DNA of 63,636 nt, filler included, from Cercozoa sp. M6MM (GCA_040357565.1; 11 parts of 11 records of this genome joined end to end with filler, not necessarily neighbours in it), one strand, 5' to 3'; shown: positions 42,120 through 56,167, numbered from the whole stretch's first letter. Translations and numbers: made by a program. Notes: generated by a model from the letters alone, not told the origin.

Positions 42120-43025
42120 CTGTTGAGCAGCAGCTTGGTCTCCTTGCCGGTGAAGACGGTCATCGCGACGATCCTGCGCACCCACAATACACACGTGATC
42201 ACTGATCGATCATTGATTGATCATGTGCGATCACTGATCGATCATGTGCGATCACTGATCGATCAGAGAGACCGTGTGTACCAGTCGGTGTTGCGCAGAG
42301 TGCAGCCGCGCAGCAGCAGCTGCGTCGACGACAGTGCCTGTGTAGCAGTCCATATGTACCGTCCATATGTACCGTTCATATGTACCGTCCATATGCACCG
42401 TCCATATGGACCATGCATGTGGACACCTTTTAAGGAAGCAAGTACCACGGTGCGTTCGCGCAGCTTGCCGACGCGCGCCTCGTCGTCGCTCTCGTCCTCG
42501 AACTCGTTGTGCAGCACCAGCTGCCCGTTCCTGGGGAGCAGGGGGGTAAACAGGGGGTAAACTGGGGGAGGGGGGCAAGAGGCACCAGGCAGCGGCGTCC
42601 ATCTTGGGATTCGGCGCACTGGACTTGAGCGTGAAGGGACCCAGTCGCTCGGCGGCGTCGCGTCCGTCGGCGGCCACCTCGATCGAGTAGGTCGCACCCT
42701 TAACAAAAACCAGTGTGTGTATGTGCGGGGTCCATTTGGACAGCAGTGGTCCAGATGGACAGGACGGAGCTGGCTACCACGGCCTGCTTGATCTTGAGGT
42801 TGGTCTCGCCGTCCAACTGCGACGTCTCGATGTTGCACATGCCCTGTCCACGCGGACATCGACATCGGATCGGTCCATTTGGACACACACACACACTTCC
42901 TCTGGTACAGATGGACCGCACACACCAGTCCTTAAGGGAGCGGCGGGATCTACCTGCGGAGTCGACGACTGCAGCAGCACCAGGTCGGCCGGGAACGCGT
43001 TCTCGTGGCGCGCACTCGTTATGTA
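42120..43025 (-). CDS. P4-type phospholipid-translocating ATPase, internal fragment
   Basis: FPADLVLLQSS, CNIETSQLDGETNLKIKQA, QLLLRGCTLRNTDW, AMTVFTGKETKLLLN. Confidence 0.93.
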
Positions 43026-43178
43026 CAACTGGGGGGAACAGGGGGGTAAACAGGGGGGTAAACAGGGGGGTAAACAGGNNNNNNNNNNNNNNNNNNNNNN
43101 NNNNNNNNNNNNNNNNNNNNNNTTAATTAATTAANNNNNNNNNNNNNNNNNNNNNNNNNNNNNNNNNNNNNNNNNNNN

Positions 43179-43289
<111 letters not shown>

Positions 43290-43294
43290 TACAG

Positions 43295-44297
43295 GTACTG
43301 GTTCCGTGTGGCCGGACTGCTGGTGACGCTACTGCTGGCGTTCGATAACGTACGTTGTTGCGCCTGCTTTTTTCACAAAACTGACTTTTTATTGTATTCG
43401 ATTTTAGGTCTTTGTTATGTCGGCAACTGCGCGTCTTATTGTTGTAAACCCTGTTGATTTTACTAAAGAAATCGATACATGTGGTCTGCAATGCAGGTGG
43501 GAGTGGTTTTCGTGCTCAACGTTTTAACCGTGACGGCGGCATGGCCATTCTTTAAGTCTTACCAGGTGCATCTCTTTCTTTTGTGGTGATGTCTGTTCAA
43601 GTGAAACCTATTTTCTTTTCTGGTAGAATGTGCTCGTGTTCGCCGTTGGTAGCGTGCAGACGCTGGTGAGTTGACTCATTGATTGCTGTGCCCGTGTGTG
43701 TATGGTATTGTCGGGAGTGTTGTACAGAACGTGTTCATTGTGCTTCTCGCTGTCGGTGAGACTGCAGCCGGTACTGCTTCTTTTGTCAACGATATTACCA
43801 GTGGCGCGGTTTTGATATCCTGTGTGTAGCGTTATCGGTCTTGGGTGTCGTACTTGTCTATATGGTTGCGACATTTGCTTGTCGTCGGCGCATGGGTTGG
43901 TGTGTTTCCCTGCTCCCTCTGCGTTTTATAAACGGAGGTCGACTTGGTCTGAACTGTGGTCAGGTACCGACACGGTCTGAACCGTCGCGATCAGCTGCGC
44001 TCTGAGAAGCACAACGAGTCGGAACCCCAGAGTGCCCGAGATGATGACGATGCCGCACAAGATAGCGCTGTGTGCATCGAGACACTTGCTGACGGCACTG
44101 ACGAAACCTGCCGCAACAATGTCGCAGAGCTTGGAGAAGTCGAGCGCGGTCAGCTTGCTGCCGTCATTGATGCGCTCGAGGAGGTGCTAGCTGAGCGTCG
44201 CATGCGTCCCAGCGGTGGCGCGTTCGACGATGCCACGTACGCTGACACGTGCGAGGATGAGTCGGTGCCGGCGCCTGCGGAAATTGAGATGCAATGA
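43295..44297 (+). CDS. Multi-pass membrane protein, 3' part
   Basis: Hydrophobic short exons (YWFRVAGLLVTLLLAFD, VVFVLNVLTVTAAWPFFKSYQNVLVF) followed by an acidic tail ORF 43956-44297. Confidence 0.5.
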
Positions 44298-44759
44298 GTC
44301 AATGACACGGACGCTGCACGGCATGCGATGACGACCGGACGTACGTAGTACGATTTCTTGGGTTTCGCGACGCGAGCTATCTTACGTTAGTTGGTTACTG
44401 GCGTGCTGTATCTGAATGTAACTACGCTAATGGCTATCGCGACGTCCGCTTCCGTTGACGTAACGGTGACTGACTGCTAAGGTTCCTCTGCGCTGCATCA
44501 GACCACCCGACCTATCGATGCCCGGCCCTCGAGCTCGGCTGCGCTGGGGTTGCGTCGACATGACACCCGTGCCGGGTGAGGCTGAGTGCCGTGCCGGGTG
44601 AGGCTGAGTGCACTATTTAGAGCTGCAGATTTTGCTCGTACGGATTGTGCTCGTACCCAGCCGTTTGCAACATACGTTGGAGAGTTTGCTGGTCGTGCTG
44701 GTCAATCACAGAGTTGTAGATGTCCATCGCGTGCCGAGTTGCGTGTTCGTGTCTGCTTT

Positions 44760-45000
44760 GCGGAATCGGTGCAAGGTGCGCACTGTGGTGTGCGATGTGC
44801 ATGAAAGCTGCATCAAGGCACATGTGATGTCGATACTCAAGTAGCTTTCTGTTGAACCGACAATAAATTTATATGAGAGCTGGTAAAGTACGGTGGTCTG
44901 CGCCAAAAGCGAAGTCTGGCTCAAGTGCGTCGTGCGGAATTAATTGTTCACCGTACGCATCGACCTAGGGAGGTCACAAACCACCTTGCACCGATTCCGC
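44760..45000. repeat. 19-bp perfect inverted repeat bracketing ~200 bp (MITE candidate)
   Basis: gcggaatcggtgcaaggtg (44760-44778) and caccttgcaccgattccgc (44982-45000). Confidence 0.6.
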
Positions 45001-45612
45001 ATTCCCAGAAACTGAAAGTGAAATTACCACATCCCAGGGGAGGTACTCAAACCACCACTCCTCATTCCAGCAACGCCATTTGACAAGTCCGACGCCGCTT
45101 CTTGCAGCGCAGGCGGTCATTTCAGGCGCCAGCACCTGCACAAGTAAGTTAATGAAGTAAGCCGGATAGGGCCTGTAGCTGTTGTATCAGCAGTTTACGT
45201 TGAGAGCCACATCGCGGGGGATCCCCATACACCGCACCGTGTGTTCTTGGACGCTCAGCAGCTCATCGTATACGTTCGCTTCCTTGAGTGGACCACTGCA
45301 GAAGCAAATCGGCGTCCCAATAAAACTGTTGAAATGTCATACCAATGAAACGCATGCACGAGTTGCACGTCGTCATGATGCCAAGTGGCTTCGAGGCGCC
45401 CTACGGTAAGCGAAAGCGTTAGAAACGCTGATTTGTAGAGCATAATGTCACTTATCGACGAGAGTGACCCAAGCTGTCAGTTTAAGTTGTCTCCTTCCTC
45501 GCGGAAGTGAGCTCGTTGTTCGTCTGATCAGTAACAGGTAAAACGTTGGAGGACAACGACTCATACGAAACCGCTTCGGACCCTTCAGTGCTAGTGTTTC
45601 AGTTTGAAAGGC

Positions 45613-45843
45613 ATGGGGCATGCTTGTTCGTGTGGCGGTCGCGCCACGACGGGTGAATTTCACAGCATAATCGTTCAATCTGCGAAGCACGAAACAAAAT
45701 CCAGAAAAAGTTCACTTTCGTCGGACGAAAGTCGCGCATCGCTGATCAAATCGAAAAGCATAGATCGGTTTCTAGCGCGAGAAAAACTCTCCGACCGGCA
45801 AGTGAAAAAGTTGCTCTTTTTGGGAGCTGGTGAAAGCGTACCT

Positions 45844-45909
<66 letters not shown>

Positions 45910-45919
45910 NNNNNNNNNN

Positions 45920-45967
<48 letters not shown>

Positions 45968-46911
45968 ACGTGTACAGGGCAAATCGACACTGTTGCGACA
46001 AATGATTTATCTCTACGGTCCTGGGTTTTCACACGCCGAGCGAAAGCGATGTGTCGCCCAGATACACAACGTAATTTACTCAACGTTTCTTTCGCATTCC
46101 CTTACTGTATTTCTTCCCTATAGAACATCTTCGAGGGGCTGACGATTTTGGGTACTGAGTAGTTTCAGAGGGTGCTCGTGAATATTGATTGTCTTTCATC
46201 GCAGCAAAGGAGTGTCAAAAAATCGGTCTTGAAATGAAGGAGTCTGATTCCGCCAAAATTCTGATGGCACACATGCAAAAGCCGTGGGGGACTCCTTTCC
46301 CTGACAACATTAACGCAGCAACTGTCGTCAGAAAAGTATGGGCCGATGCAGGCATCCAAAAGGTTTGGGAGTCAAGCCGGTACCGCCTGCAAGCACCGCT
46401 GACTTTGGCTTACTTTACTCAACAAGCCGAGCGAATATTTAGAAGTGTAACCAGCACTTCACACTTTCTTTGCTTTTACCAACGTTTCATTTCCCTTATC
46501 TCGAGTTCTTCGTCTGGAGTAGGATTACATTCCGCACTTTGACGATATCTTGAGAATGAGAGCCAGGAGTGTCGGAATTGTAAATTACATTGATAGACAA
46601 ATAAATTTGCTTGTATTCAATTGCGTTTTTTATTCCCAGCAAGAGAGCGAGTTCGTGATGGACGGGTCTCGTATCAAAATAGTACTTCACACTTCGCCCA
46701 CTTGTAATGCACACAAGTCCTTGGTATTGGTGCTAGCTATAGGTCGACGTAGGCGGACAGCGAAATGAGCGAAGAAAATGGATACATGCCTTTGCTTGCG
46801 TAAATTTACTTTAGTACTTCCACATGTTTCTAAATAAAATAAATGTATACCCCCTAATGATTACAGGTTTCTGCCATTCTGTTCGTTGCCTCATTGACAG
46901 GATACGCAGAG
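45613..46911 (+). CDS. Heterotrimeric G-protein alpha subunit; 3' end unresolved
   Basis: MGHACSC lipidation start, KLLFLGAGES|GKST, DYIPHFDDILRMRARSVGI, DVGGQRNERRKWIHAF, AILFVASLTGY. Confidence 0.88.
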
Positions 46912-46958
46912 GTTGGCCCACTCCTGTATTTACTTTTAACGTCTCAAACTTTATTCGA

Positions 46959-47004
<46 letters not shown>

Positions 47005-48107
47005 CAAACTGTATCCCAAGTTTACTCGCGAACGACTATAGCCTTGACCTGCGCATTCCATACACATTAAATTGATTCTGGATCTTCAGTATAGGGGTAC
47101 AAGACTATCCTAAAATTTACACTTAGGAATATGCGATTCAAATTGTTCGTGTCAAAGGCGCTTACAACGTGAGTGTACATCGTTTTCCTGCCTTTGCGCC
47201 TGATGGATTTTCTCAGCACAATCGGAGCATTCTACCTTTTGGCACGCTGCTCGAAAAACCGAAGTAGCAGAAAGCGTCATATCAACCATGGGTTTGTTGT
47301 GGGCTGTGTGCGCGTACCTTGAGTCTTTCCTCAAATGAGTCACGGATGCTACATGGAGAGTAAAAGGTGAAAACTAAAGGGAAGAAGGAACAAAGATGCA
47401 GGAAGTATCTTTACAAGTTTAAAACGTTGTCCCTGTTTGAGGGATCGCCTACAGTACAATTTACAAAGATATTAATACCCGAATGTTGAAGATTGCAATC
47501 TTGAGCGAATAAGTAAACAGGCAAATGACCGGTGTACTCGGCCACGTATCGCGAAATTGGATGTGTGCGGTACATCTATTAATTTTAAAGTAGCGTCTTC
47601 GGAGGAGAATCAATAGGAAAAGATGGGTTTCACCTCGTCGAACAAGTCAACTTTGTTTAAAAACTGCCGCCGTCAGATGTAAAAGAAATAGCAGTACCAT
47701 TACCTTCGGTCTAATCAAGTGACACGAGTGGTACCAAGATAATGCCGGTCTTTTTGAAAGCTGGGTGCTGGGCTGCGCACATAACACCAGGTTGGTACCT
47801 TCGCCTGTTTCATTTCAGTTAAGCCTGACATAAACAAAAGTGTTACCAGTCCATTCAAACAAATGTAGAGCTTCGGTGAGTCTAACGGTATGCTCATCCT
47901 CAAACAACAACTGTGCATGCGAAAGTTGAACGTAAAGTCTCGGTATGCCGCACATTCTCGGGAGTACTGTGTGTGTGTGTGTGTGTGTGTGCGTGTGTGT
48001 GTGTGTGNNNNNNNNNNNNNNNNNNNNNNNNNNNNNNNNNNNNNNNNNNNNTTAATTAATTAANNNNNNNNNNNNNNNNNNNNNNNNNNNNNNNNNNNNN
48101 NNNNNNN

Positions 48108-48158
<51 letters not shown>

Positions 48159-48208
48159 GCACACATACATACACAAACACTCAATCACAAAAACAACGCA
48201 CCACAGCA

Positions 48209-48416
48209 CCTCGTGCAACCGCGCCTCCACTGCACGCGCGAGCGAGACACCAACTTCCGCGCGGACACGTACGCCCATCCGAGCGGACACCCGCTTGATC
48301 ACATCCGCGCGGATGCGTTGCGGCGTCGCTAAATCATTACGAACTCATAAACGCAACCAAAAGCAAACTGAGGTCACGAGAAACGCACGTTCGAACGACG
48401 GCGGCGACGGAAGCAT
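48209..48416 (-). CDS. TAF6-like N-terminal histone fold, 5' fragment
   Basis: Spliced MLPSPPSFE|PTPQRIRADVIKRVSARMGVRVRAEVGVSLARAVEARLHE resembles TAF6 (IK.IA...G....LA..VE.RL.E). Confidence 0.55.
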
Positions 48417-48725
48417 TTTGCCTACTGTGCGCCAAGTTTCAAGCACCAGTTGTTGACCACGAAAAAACTATCCGCTATTCGGCCTGCTTTCCAGCTACGG
48501 TGTAGACTAACTGAGGTAGCACGTGTGTGCACACTCCAGCAATTCCTGGAAACCCAGATATAGTACTGCACAAAGCTCTTAAAAAATTAAGAAGCCCAAA
48601 TCACAATTGTGTTCTGCTAAACTAAGCGTATGGCTGTGTGCAAGCTGTGATCGAACTGCTACATTTATCAGTTGCCGTTTTATACCAAACAGTACGCCGT
48701 TTGATTGTTCGTTGGTACCGCGCGG

Positions 48726-51461
48726 ATGAGCAATTACCGCCCGCCGGCGCCGTCACTGCGCGGAGTGGCCATACGTGTCTTGCGTGAAACTGCAGAGCAA
48801 CTGCGTGCAGATGTCGGCATTTTGGTGGTCTGTTCAAATTTCTATTGATCGATATCAGTTTTGGTTTTGATGTTTTGCCGTTTCTCTGGCAGGAGCGGAA
48901 ACGAGCAGCGGAAGTTCAGCACGAGCGTCCTTCGAAGCGTGTTTGCCGTGAGGTAGCACCTGCAGTATGGAGCTTTGTTGGTGGACAAAGCATTCCTCGT
49001 GCAGACGCAACGGGCGATTCGTGCAGATGATTCTTCTGCGGCGAGTGAGTTGCTTCAAGCTTTGCAGCCGAGTCTGTGGGCTCCCGACGTCGATTTCGCC
49101 GATATCGCTGCTGAACCAAGCGAAAGCCCGAGCTTGAGCTTCGAATTTCGCACGCATGTTGTCGAAGTTTGCAAGCAGCTGCTGTTCACTCGCAAAACCG
49201 ACCTGGTCGAACAGTTGTTCTCAACCGAGTTCGGACAGCAACGTGTTTTCGCGAAGCAAGTACTGTCTCCCTCTGTATAAATGACACCTCTCAATCCTTT
49301 TGAAACTTGTATCTGTCCATAGCTTGCAAAAACTGGACTTGAATTGCTTGATTTCGGTGATGAAGTTGCGCTGCAACAGGCGGCCAATGTACGCAGTCGA
49401 TTTGTTCTGTGCTGTTTTGGTGTCTTGTCGATGGTATTGACACGTGCAGGTGATTGTGCAAGAAGCTCGACTAATTATTCAACAGCACGTATATCCTGTT
49501 TTTCTTCTGACCAACAAAAATGTCTTGTGTCTGCAGAAGCTGAGTGACGAAGCTGCTGTGCGAACGGTGGTCTATCGTCGCTACGTACGCGATGCAGATG
49601 TACTGCACAGACTCTACCCGTGTGTTCTGTTGTGTCGCTGGACCTTTTTGTCTCTCGCAGTTGACAGAAGTCAGCGTGGATGCGTTCATCGAACGAGTGC
49701 TCATGAATGCGACGCTCGACACGCGGCATCTCGTGCTTGTGCGGGTTTTTTGCTTTTAGCTTTATAGTAATCATGTGTACTTGCCACGCATACTTGCCAT
49801 GTGTACTTGCCATGTGTACTTGCCCTGCACCGCCCACTGTGTAGGCACACGGGAGTGTGCGACTGCTGATGGCACGAGTGACACGTGTGCTGCTCGAGTG
49901 GTGTCATGCCATCCAGCACGCGTCCGACAGTGCTCTCGATCGACCAGGTACTAGGCTGCAGCTCTGTTATTTTGTTTGTCTGGTTCTATGTGTGTCAACG
50001 ATGGTGTGTAGACACGCGACCCACCATTAGTGGCGAACCGGTGAGGCATACTGACATTCAGACCTCGGAGTTCCCCACTCCAAACAGCAGCAGCAGCAGC
50101 AACAGCGACGACGATGGCGAGTCCAAGCAAGAGGAGGCTGGCGACACAAGTGTCACTTGGAGCCGTCACTACGCTAATCCGGGTCGACTCCACCGTGCTG
50201 CTCGACTGGCCGGGTAGCTTCTGTGTGGTCTCAGTGTTACCTCATGTATGCACTCGCCCTGTACTCTGCTGTAGAGCCTCCATCGCCAAGCACCAGGGTG
50301 CGCGCGAGCACGCTTTGTTTCAACAGCGACAGCACCTGCGACGACAAGAGCGCTTTCGTACATCCGCCCGGATACCCGACACTGTGGAAGAACAGATCCG
50401 CTGGCTCTCACTGGTGTGCATCTTGTTTTTCAGACTATTTTGTTCACACATGCAAGCATCTTGACTGCGCACAGGAGCACGAAGTGTGCGGTTTCCCTTT
50501 GAAAAAGGCCGCTACAGTCTGCACTGCCCCAACACATGAGGCACATGAGGCCAGTGCACCCAAATGTCAGCATCGTCAGTGGCACCGTGTGGTAGTGCCG
50601 TTGCTGCACCGTTTGTGGCATTGCCTATCCATGCGCCAGTTGGTACTGCCTGTGCCTGTGTGTGTATATGTGTGTATGTGTGTGTTACTGTGTGCACTGG
50701 ATTGTTCAGGCTCTGCGAGAGCAGGTACGAGTGTCGGCGCAGTTCGAAGGACTTCTCAACGACGACGTCGCAAACAACGAAACAGAGCAAAGCCAGAAGG
50801 ATCGCGTTGTCGATGACTTTGTTTCAGTAGTTCAAACTTTAGCATAAGTGGATTATTGCCTATCTTGAGCCTGACTGAGTGCCACAGGTACTGCAGCGCG
50901 AAAAGGACACCTTCGAGCAGGAGTTCCAGCAGGCGCTACAGCAGAGCCGACAGGAGGCACACCGCGACCTACAGCTGCGCATGAAGGGACAGGTGGCACC
51001 TGCCCAGGTGGCTGTACCGGTGCCCATGCCGATGCGACCTATGCCTGTACTACACTCCCTGTCGGTGTGTGTATTTTGCGTATTTGCTTGCTTGTGATGT
51101 GAGATAGGTGGCCATGCACATGCCGATGCAAGGCATGATGGTGCCAATGTACTACGCGCAACAGCATCACAGTCACCAGGCACCGCACCAGCATCGCTTC
51201 ATGCAGCAACAGCACCAACAGATGCAGCAGCAGCAACACCACCAACAGCAGTACTACTTCCAGCCGCAGCGCCAACATCAACACTTACAGCAGCAGCATC
51301 ACCAGCGCATGCAAATGCACCAACACCAGCAGCACCTGCACCAACAAATGCAGCACCAGCAAATGCACCACCAACAGATGCAGCAGCACCAGCAACAACA
51401 ACAAATGCAGCAACTACAGCAGCAGCAAGCACCGCCGAAACGACCTGCTGAACAAACATAG
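48726..51461 (+). CDS. Hypothetical protein with Cys-rich (zinc-finger-like) segments and Q/H-rich C-terminus
   Basis: Multi-exon gene with CxxC pairs (WCASC, CRLC). Last exon 51108-51461 is polyQ/H. Confidence 0.55.
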
Positions 51462-51829
51462 CGACGTCGGACCACCGATCAGTTTTTGCTTGTCGACAGG
51501 TTTAAAAAAGAGAAGTGAGTAAAATAATAACCAATTGTACTCTGCACTTGGCTTTCGATTTTCGATTTTGGTAAATTATTATTTGCGTAGTATAATAAGT
51601 ACAATGTACAGGACTTACGGTTTAAGAAATTTGTATAACGAAAAAACGGAGTCCGGGCACTCCTGACCCAGGAACAGCGTGCAGGCAGATAAGGCAAGCT
51701 TGTGTGCCCAACCATGCTATCTGCACGCGTGTGGCGCTCATTGTGTCGTGTGGCGTTCCGTGCGAGCTCCCGTCGCGCACATGCGTACCATTGATCACGT
51801 TGTCTCTGCCAGTCCTATATTTTTCGCAG

Positions 51830-53930
51830 GAAGTCAACTCAACGACATCTGACGCTGCCGGAGAAGGTGCTTCAGGACTCGTTGACTGCCAATCGCATCG
51901 CTCCCGAGGCGAGTCGTGCCGCAGACAAGTACACTAGCTGTCTCATATCCGAAGATTGTGTTGAATAATGATGTCTCCTCAGAACTGTTCGTTCTCTGTA
52001 CGAGCTGCTGCATGCACGAAACGTGCGCATGACGAATTCTTTGACTGCGGGAGTTGCTAATCGGGTATGTTCTGCCTGTGTGGATCTGTTAGTGTGCGCA
52101 ATCCATCTGATTTCTTCTCCAGTTGGCTGCCAAACCAGACAATTTGCAAAAGTTCGCCGAACTGGAGGGCCTCGATACAAAGATGTAAAGTGCTCGGACT
52201 AGTCTATCTCTCTGCTAGTCTATCCACTTGGGTTTTTTGGGATGCAGCTCGCCAAAGGCGGCGGTGGCGCACGTGCAGTCGCTTATCGACGGTTCGCACC
52301 TCGAGGTGATGCCCTTCGGTTCCACGCTGATCGGCAACGCCGCTAAGGGCAGCGACATCGACGTCGTTATTGTGTTGGTAAGTTTTAGCTTTCCCTTCGG
52401 TTTTTACCCTCGTTTACCCCCTCGAGCAGCCGGAGTCTGCGGAGCGTGCGCTGCACCGTCTGCTGCTCGCGAGTGATCTGGGGGACGTGCCGAGTGCCGT
52501 AGCATTGCTTTAAGAGTCTAGTCTGGTGGTACAAGTGTCCCCCTATCTGTACAGGATTATTTGGACCACTGCGCCGAGTCGTTCGACGAGAACGCGCTGC
52601 GTCAGCGCACGCGGGGCAACATGATCCATGTGCTGCGAGAGCTGTATCATGTGGTCGACGAACTCGAGGGTACTGGCCGTTTCTCCTCGGGCTGCACTGT
52701 CTCCATGGTGTATTGTGCGTTATGTACCGTCCATGGTGTATCGTCCGTGTAGGCGCTGGTGACTTTGAACTGGAGCGTCTGTCGCGTCGTGTGATGCAGC
52801 GCAACGCCGCAGTCGTTGAGAACGACGGCGTCGTCGATGAGCTCGAGGACAAGGCGCTGCGTCGTGACGTCTCGCGCTTGACGGTGCATATTCACCCCCC
52901 CCCCACCCCTTTACCTCCTCGCCCTCTTTATCCCTTTGACCTGGTCAGACCTGGAAGAACAACGTGATGCTACTGCACCCTGCCGTGCCGGTATACACTG
53001 TCGTTGTGTCTCGTTGAGTGTTTCCATTCTATGTATATCGTGCATGTATGTCTATCTCTACATTATGCTTCCTGGCAGATCCTGTCGGTGCGATATGCGA
53101 CCTACAGCATCAACGATCGTGAGAGAGAGTGGCGCATCACGCGGCACTTCTCGGAACTCGACGTATTCTCGCCTTACCCCCATCACCCCTTAACCTCCCA
53201 TACCTTATTACTCCATAAGCCCTCCCCCTACCCTTTACCCCCTCCCCGTATGCATCAGGTTACGGTGGGCTCGCGACTCGCCGTCAGCAAGTCCATGTGG
53301 GTGCAGCGCACGCTCGCGTCGTCGCACTCGCGCGTGCGCGCTCTCTCGGTATATATGGCCACTCGGGAGTGACCACTGGATGGTCACAGGGTGATCACCA
53401 GGCGATCATTGGGTGTGAGTGACCACGTGAGTGATTGTCGCATGAGCAGGTGCTGACGAAGCAAGCGGCCAAGCACATGCAGCTAGTGGCGCCCAAGAAG
53501 GGCGGTTTCAACAGCTTCACGCTGCTGCTGCTGCTGCTGTCCTTCTCGGCTCAGGTACAGATAGATTCCAGACCACTTGGACCGTCCATTTTGTATCACG
53601 TCTGTGTGTCTACAGCGCGGTCTGGCTCCGCGGATGTCGGCTCAGTTGGCCGAGATGGTGGCCGAGCTGCAGTCCGACAACGACGACGGCGACGAAAGCC
53701 TCCAAGAGATCGACGGTGTCGTCGGCGATTCCGAGGTACACTTTGTCCATTTGTATTTGTACCCTTGTCCATTTGTACCCCGTCCATTTGTAACCTTGTC
53801 CATTTGTACCTCTGTTCATTTGTACCCCTGTTGTACGACAACAGGACGAGCCACTGGTGCAGCAACCGGAAGAAACGGAGCAGCCGTATTCGACGTCGCA
53901 TCGCGACTTTGTTCCCGTCGACCTTGTTCG
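51830..53930 (+). CDS. Non-canonical poly(A) polymerase / terminal uridylyltransferase (Cid1/Trf4-like), partial
   Basis: VMPFGSTLIGNAAKGSDIDVVIV (hG[GS]x9-13DhD), third Asp in ELD|VTV, KQAAKHMQL....GGFNSFTLLLL. Confidence 0.8.
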
Positions 53931-53953
53931 GTACACTACTGTCTGCATGTGTC

Positions 53954-54023
<70 letters not shown>

Positions 54024-54525
54024 NNNNNNNNNNNNNNNNNNNNNNNNNNNNNNNNNNNNNNNNNNNNTTAATTAATTAANNNNNNNNNNNNNNNNNNNNN
54101 NNNNNNNNNNNNNNNNNNNNNNNGCACGGACCTTTGCTTAAGATCACACGTTTCGCACTGCTGTGGCTAACTACTGAGCTTTCGTGAGATCGTTTCGGGC
54201 GAACAGTATTTTTTGGTGTTCGGGGCTTTTCGCGCTTTGGCGCTCACTGCCCACTCGTTTGTGTCAGTCCGGTCGGTGCACACGACAGTAAACTGAGCAG
54301 TGCACGTGCCACGGGATAACGGCTAGCCCCCAGCAGCCAGTGCAAATCACAGCTACTGCACTGATGAACAAGGACGTCGACGCGCGTCGTCCGCGCTGAA
54401 TCAGCAGACAGGCAGCAGGATCGTCGTTTTGAGCGACTCGACGACTCGACTCGCTCGAGTGATTGCGGGCCCCAGTTGGCTGCTTGCAACTTTCCAGCTC
54501 GCATTCTTTGCGTTGTCTCATAAAC

Positions 54526-55560
54526 ATGAACCCAGAGCGCTATACGGTCCTATGCGTGTTGGGTAGCATGCAGATGTTCATCGCTTCCGTCCTTGGCATC
54601 TATCTCGCCGTGCTCTGGCAGAAGTATGGTGTCATTGCGGAGCAGCTTTCAGTTTGATATAGTTTAGATTGAACGGTGTTGTCTTGTGGGGCAGAATTAA
54701 AGAAAGACTTCTTTTTGTGGTCGTCGTTGGGATACATTCCGTTGCTTTTCATCAGCGGCTTTCTTCACTCTTTTAGTAATATCCACTATATGAGTAAAGC
54801 TGGTGTACATTTGATCGGTATCCGATGTCGGTATTCAGTGGTTGTTAAACTTTCGAGTGTGTAGCTCGCCCTTCAGCGTTCTCAAAGTTTAGCTTGGCGC
54901 TTGGACTCGTTGAACTTGCTTTTATCTACCTTCCTGCTTTTTTTGTGGTTCGCTTTATTCTCGACAGCGAGTTCGCTGCGGGTGTTCTAGCCCTGGTGGT
55001 CGCACTGTTTCAACTCTGGGGAGCGACGATGCTCATTCAGCGGTTCATCGATCGTCCACGCGGAGGTCAACGTAATTTAAACTCATTCATCAACAAATAC
55101 AGTGAAATCAAGTTTAGCTTGCTTTGACTGAAAGTTTGATTTTAATTATAGCACAAGTTGGGTTGCTCGTCGACTACATGAACGCGTCGCCGCCTCCGCG
55201 ATACTATGTGTATTCCTGTTTTTGTACATCAACATGTGGATACAGGTACTTCAGATTCGCTTGCGTTGTATCAAAGAGTGCCACCATTGGTGCCAGCCGA
55301 AGGAGAAAGTCAAAGCAACAGAGCTTAACTTCAGTTCTTGCAAGTTGCAACATGAAAGCTGCTACACTTCAGTTTCAGTTCTCCAGCGGGATTTTTGATG
55401 TATCGGTTTGACCCCCCTCCCCGTCGACACCACCGTGCCGACCAGCTAATGCAAGTATCCGACACAAATTCAGTTTTACTCCAGTCTGTCCGAGTGTCCG
55501 TCGTTCATATACTGTACTGTATTCCGGTCTTTACTTGCATTGAGTACTGTACTGCATCGA
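54526..55560 (+). CDS. Hypothetical multi-pass membrane protein
   Basis: Successive hydrophobic exons from MNPERYTVLCVLG, then a Pro-rich tail. The 3' end is uncertain. Confidence 0.5.
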
Positions 55561-56167
55561 TAACGCCGGCACAACCGACTTCAGATGTACGGTATTCTCT
55601 ATCCGGTCAGTCAGATCTGTCTGAGAGCTGGGGAGAAAGTCACTCAGTCAGGACTCTTCGAGAATGGTGTAAATTTATTGTGTTTGTCTGGTACCCTGTG
55701 CTTGGTATACTGTTGCTAACCTCGAATATGTTTCTCCTTTCCTGAAAAGCAGTTGAAGCACCTCCCCAGGCTCCAAACCTTGCACTCACTCACACGCAAT
55801 CCATTGTTGCTGCCTTCTCCGCACTGAGGCCTTTTTTACGTCCCCTCCTTTATTTCCTTCCTTCTTCTGACTACTGCCGGGCCTCTCTTCCCGACCAGTC
55901 TACCTTCCTGTACTTTGCCGACCCTATCTTGGGGAACTACGTCTGAACGGGCTACGTCTACTGACTCAACGCAATACTTCATGCCGATTCCATTTGTTTC
56001 TTTACTCTTTTTTCTGTACTCTTTTGCACTGCCAAAGCCTTTTATGAGCACCGACGTTAACAGTCGAGTGACCCACTGTCACTCGAGTCCGTTCGAAACA
56101 GCCGCCGGCGGTGCGACATGTGTTGAAGTTGCCAAGTGGCGTCGTATAGTAATCGGGTCACGTTAAT

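Noticed and set aside
43035-43078. Telomere at contig end (GGGGGGTAAACA)n
   Set aside because: The same unit occurs inside introns elsewhere, and this copy sits in a P4-ATPase intron.
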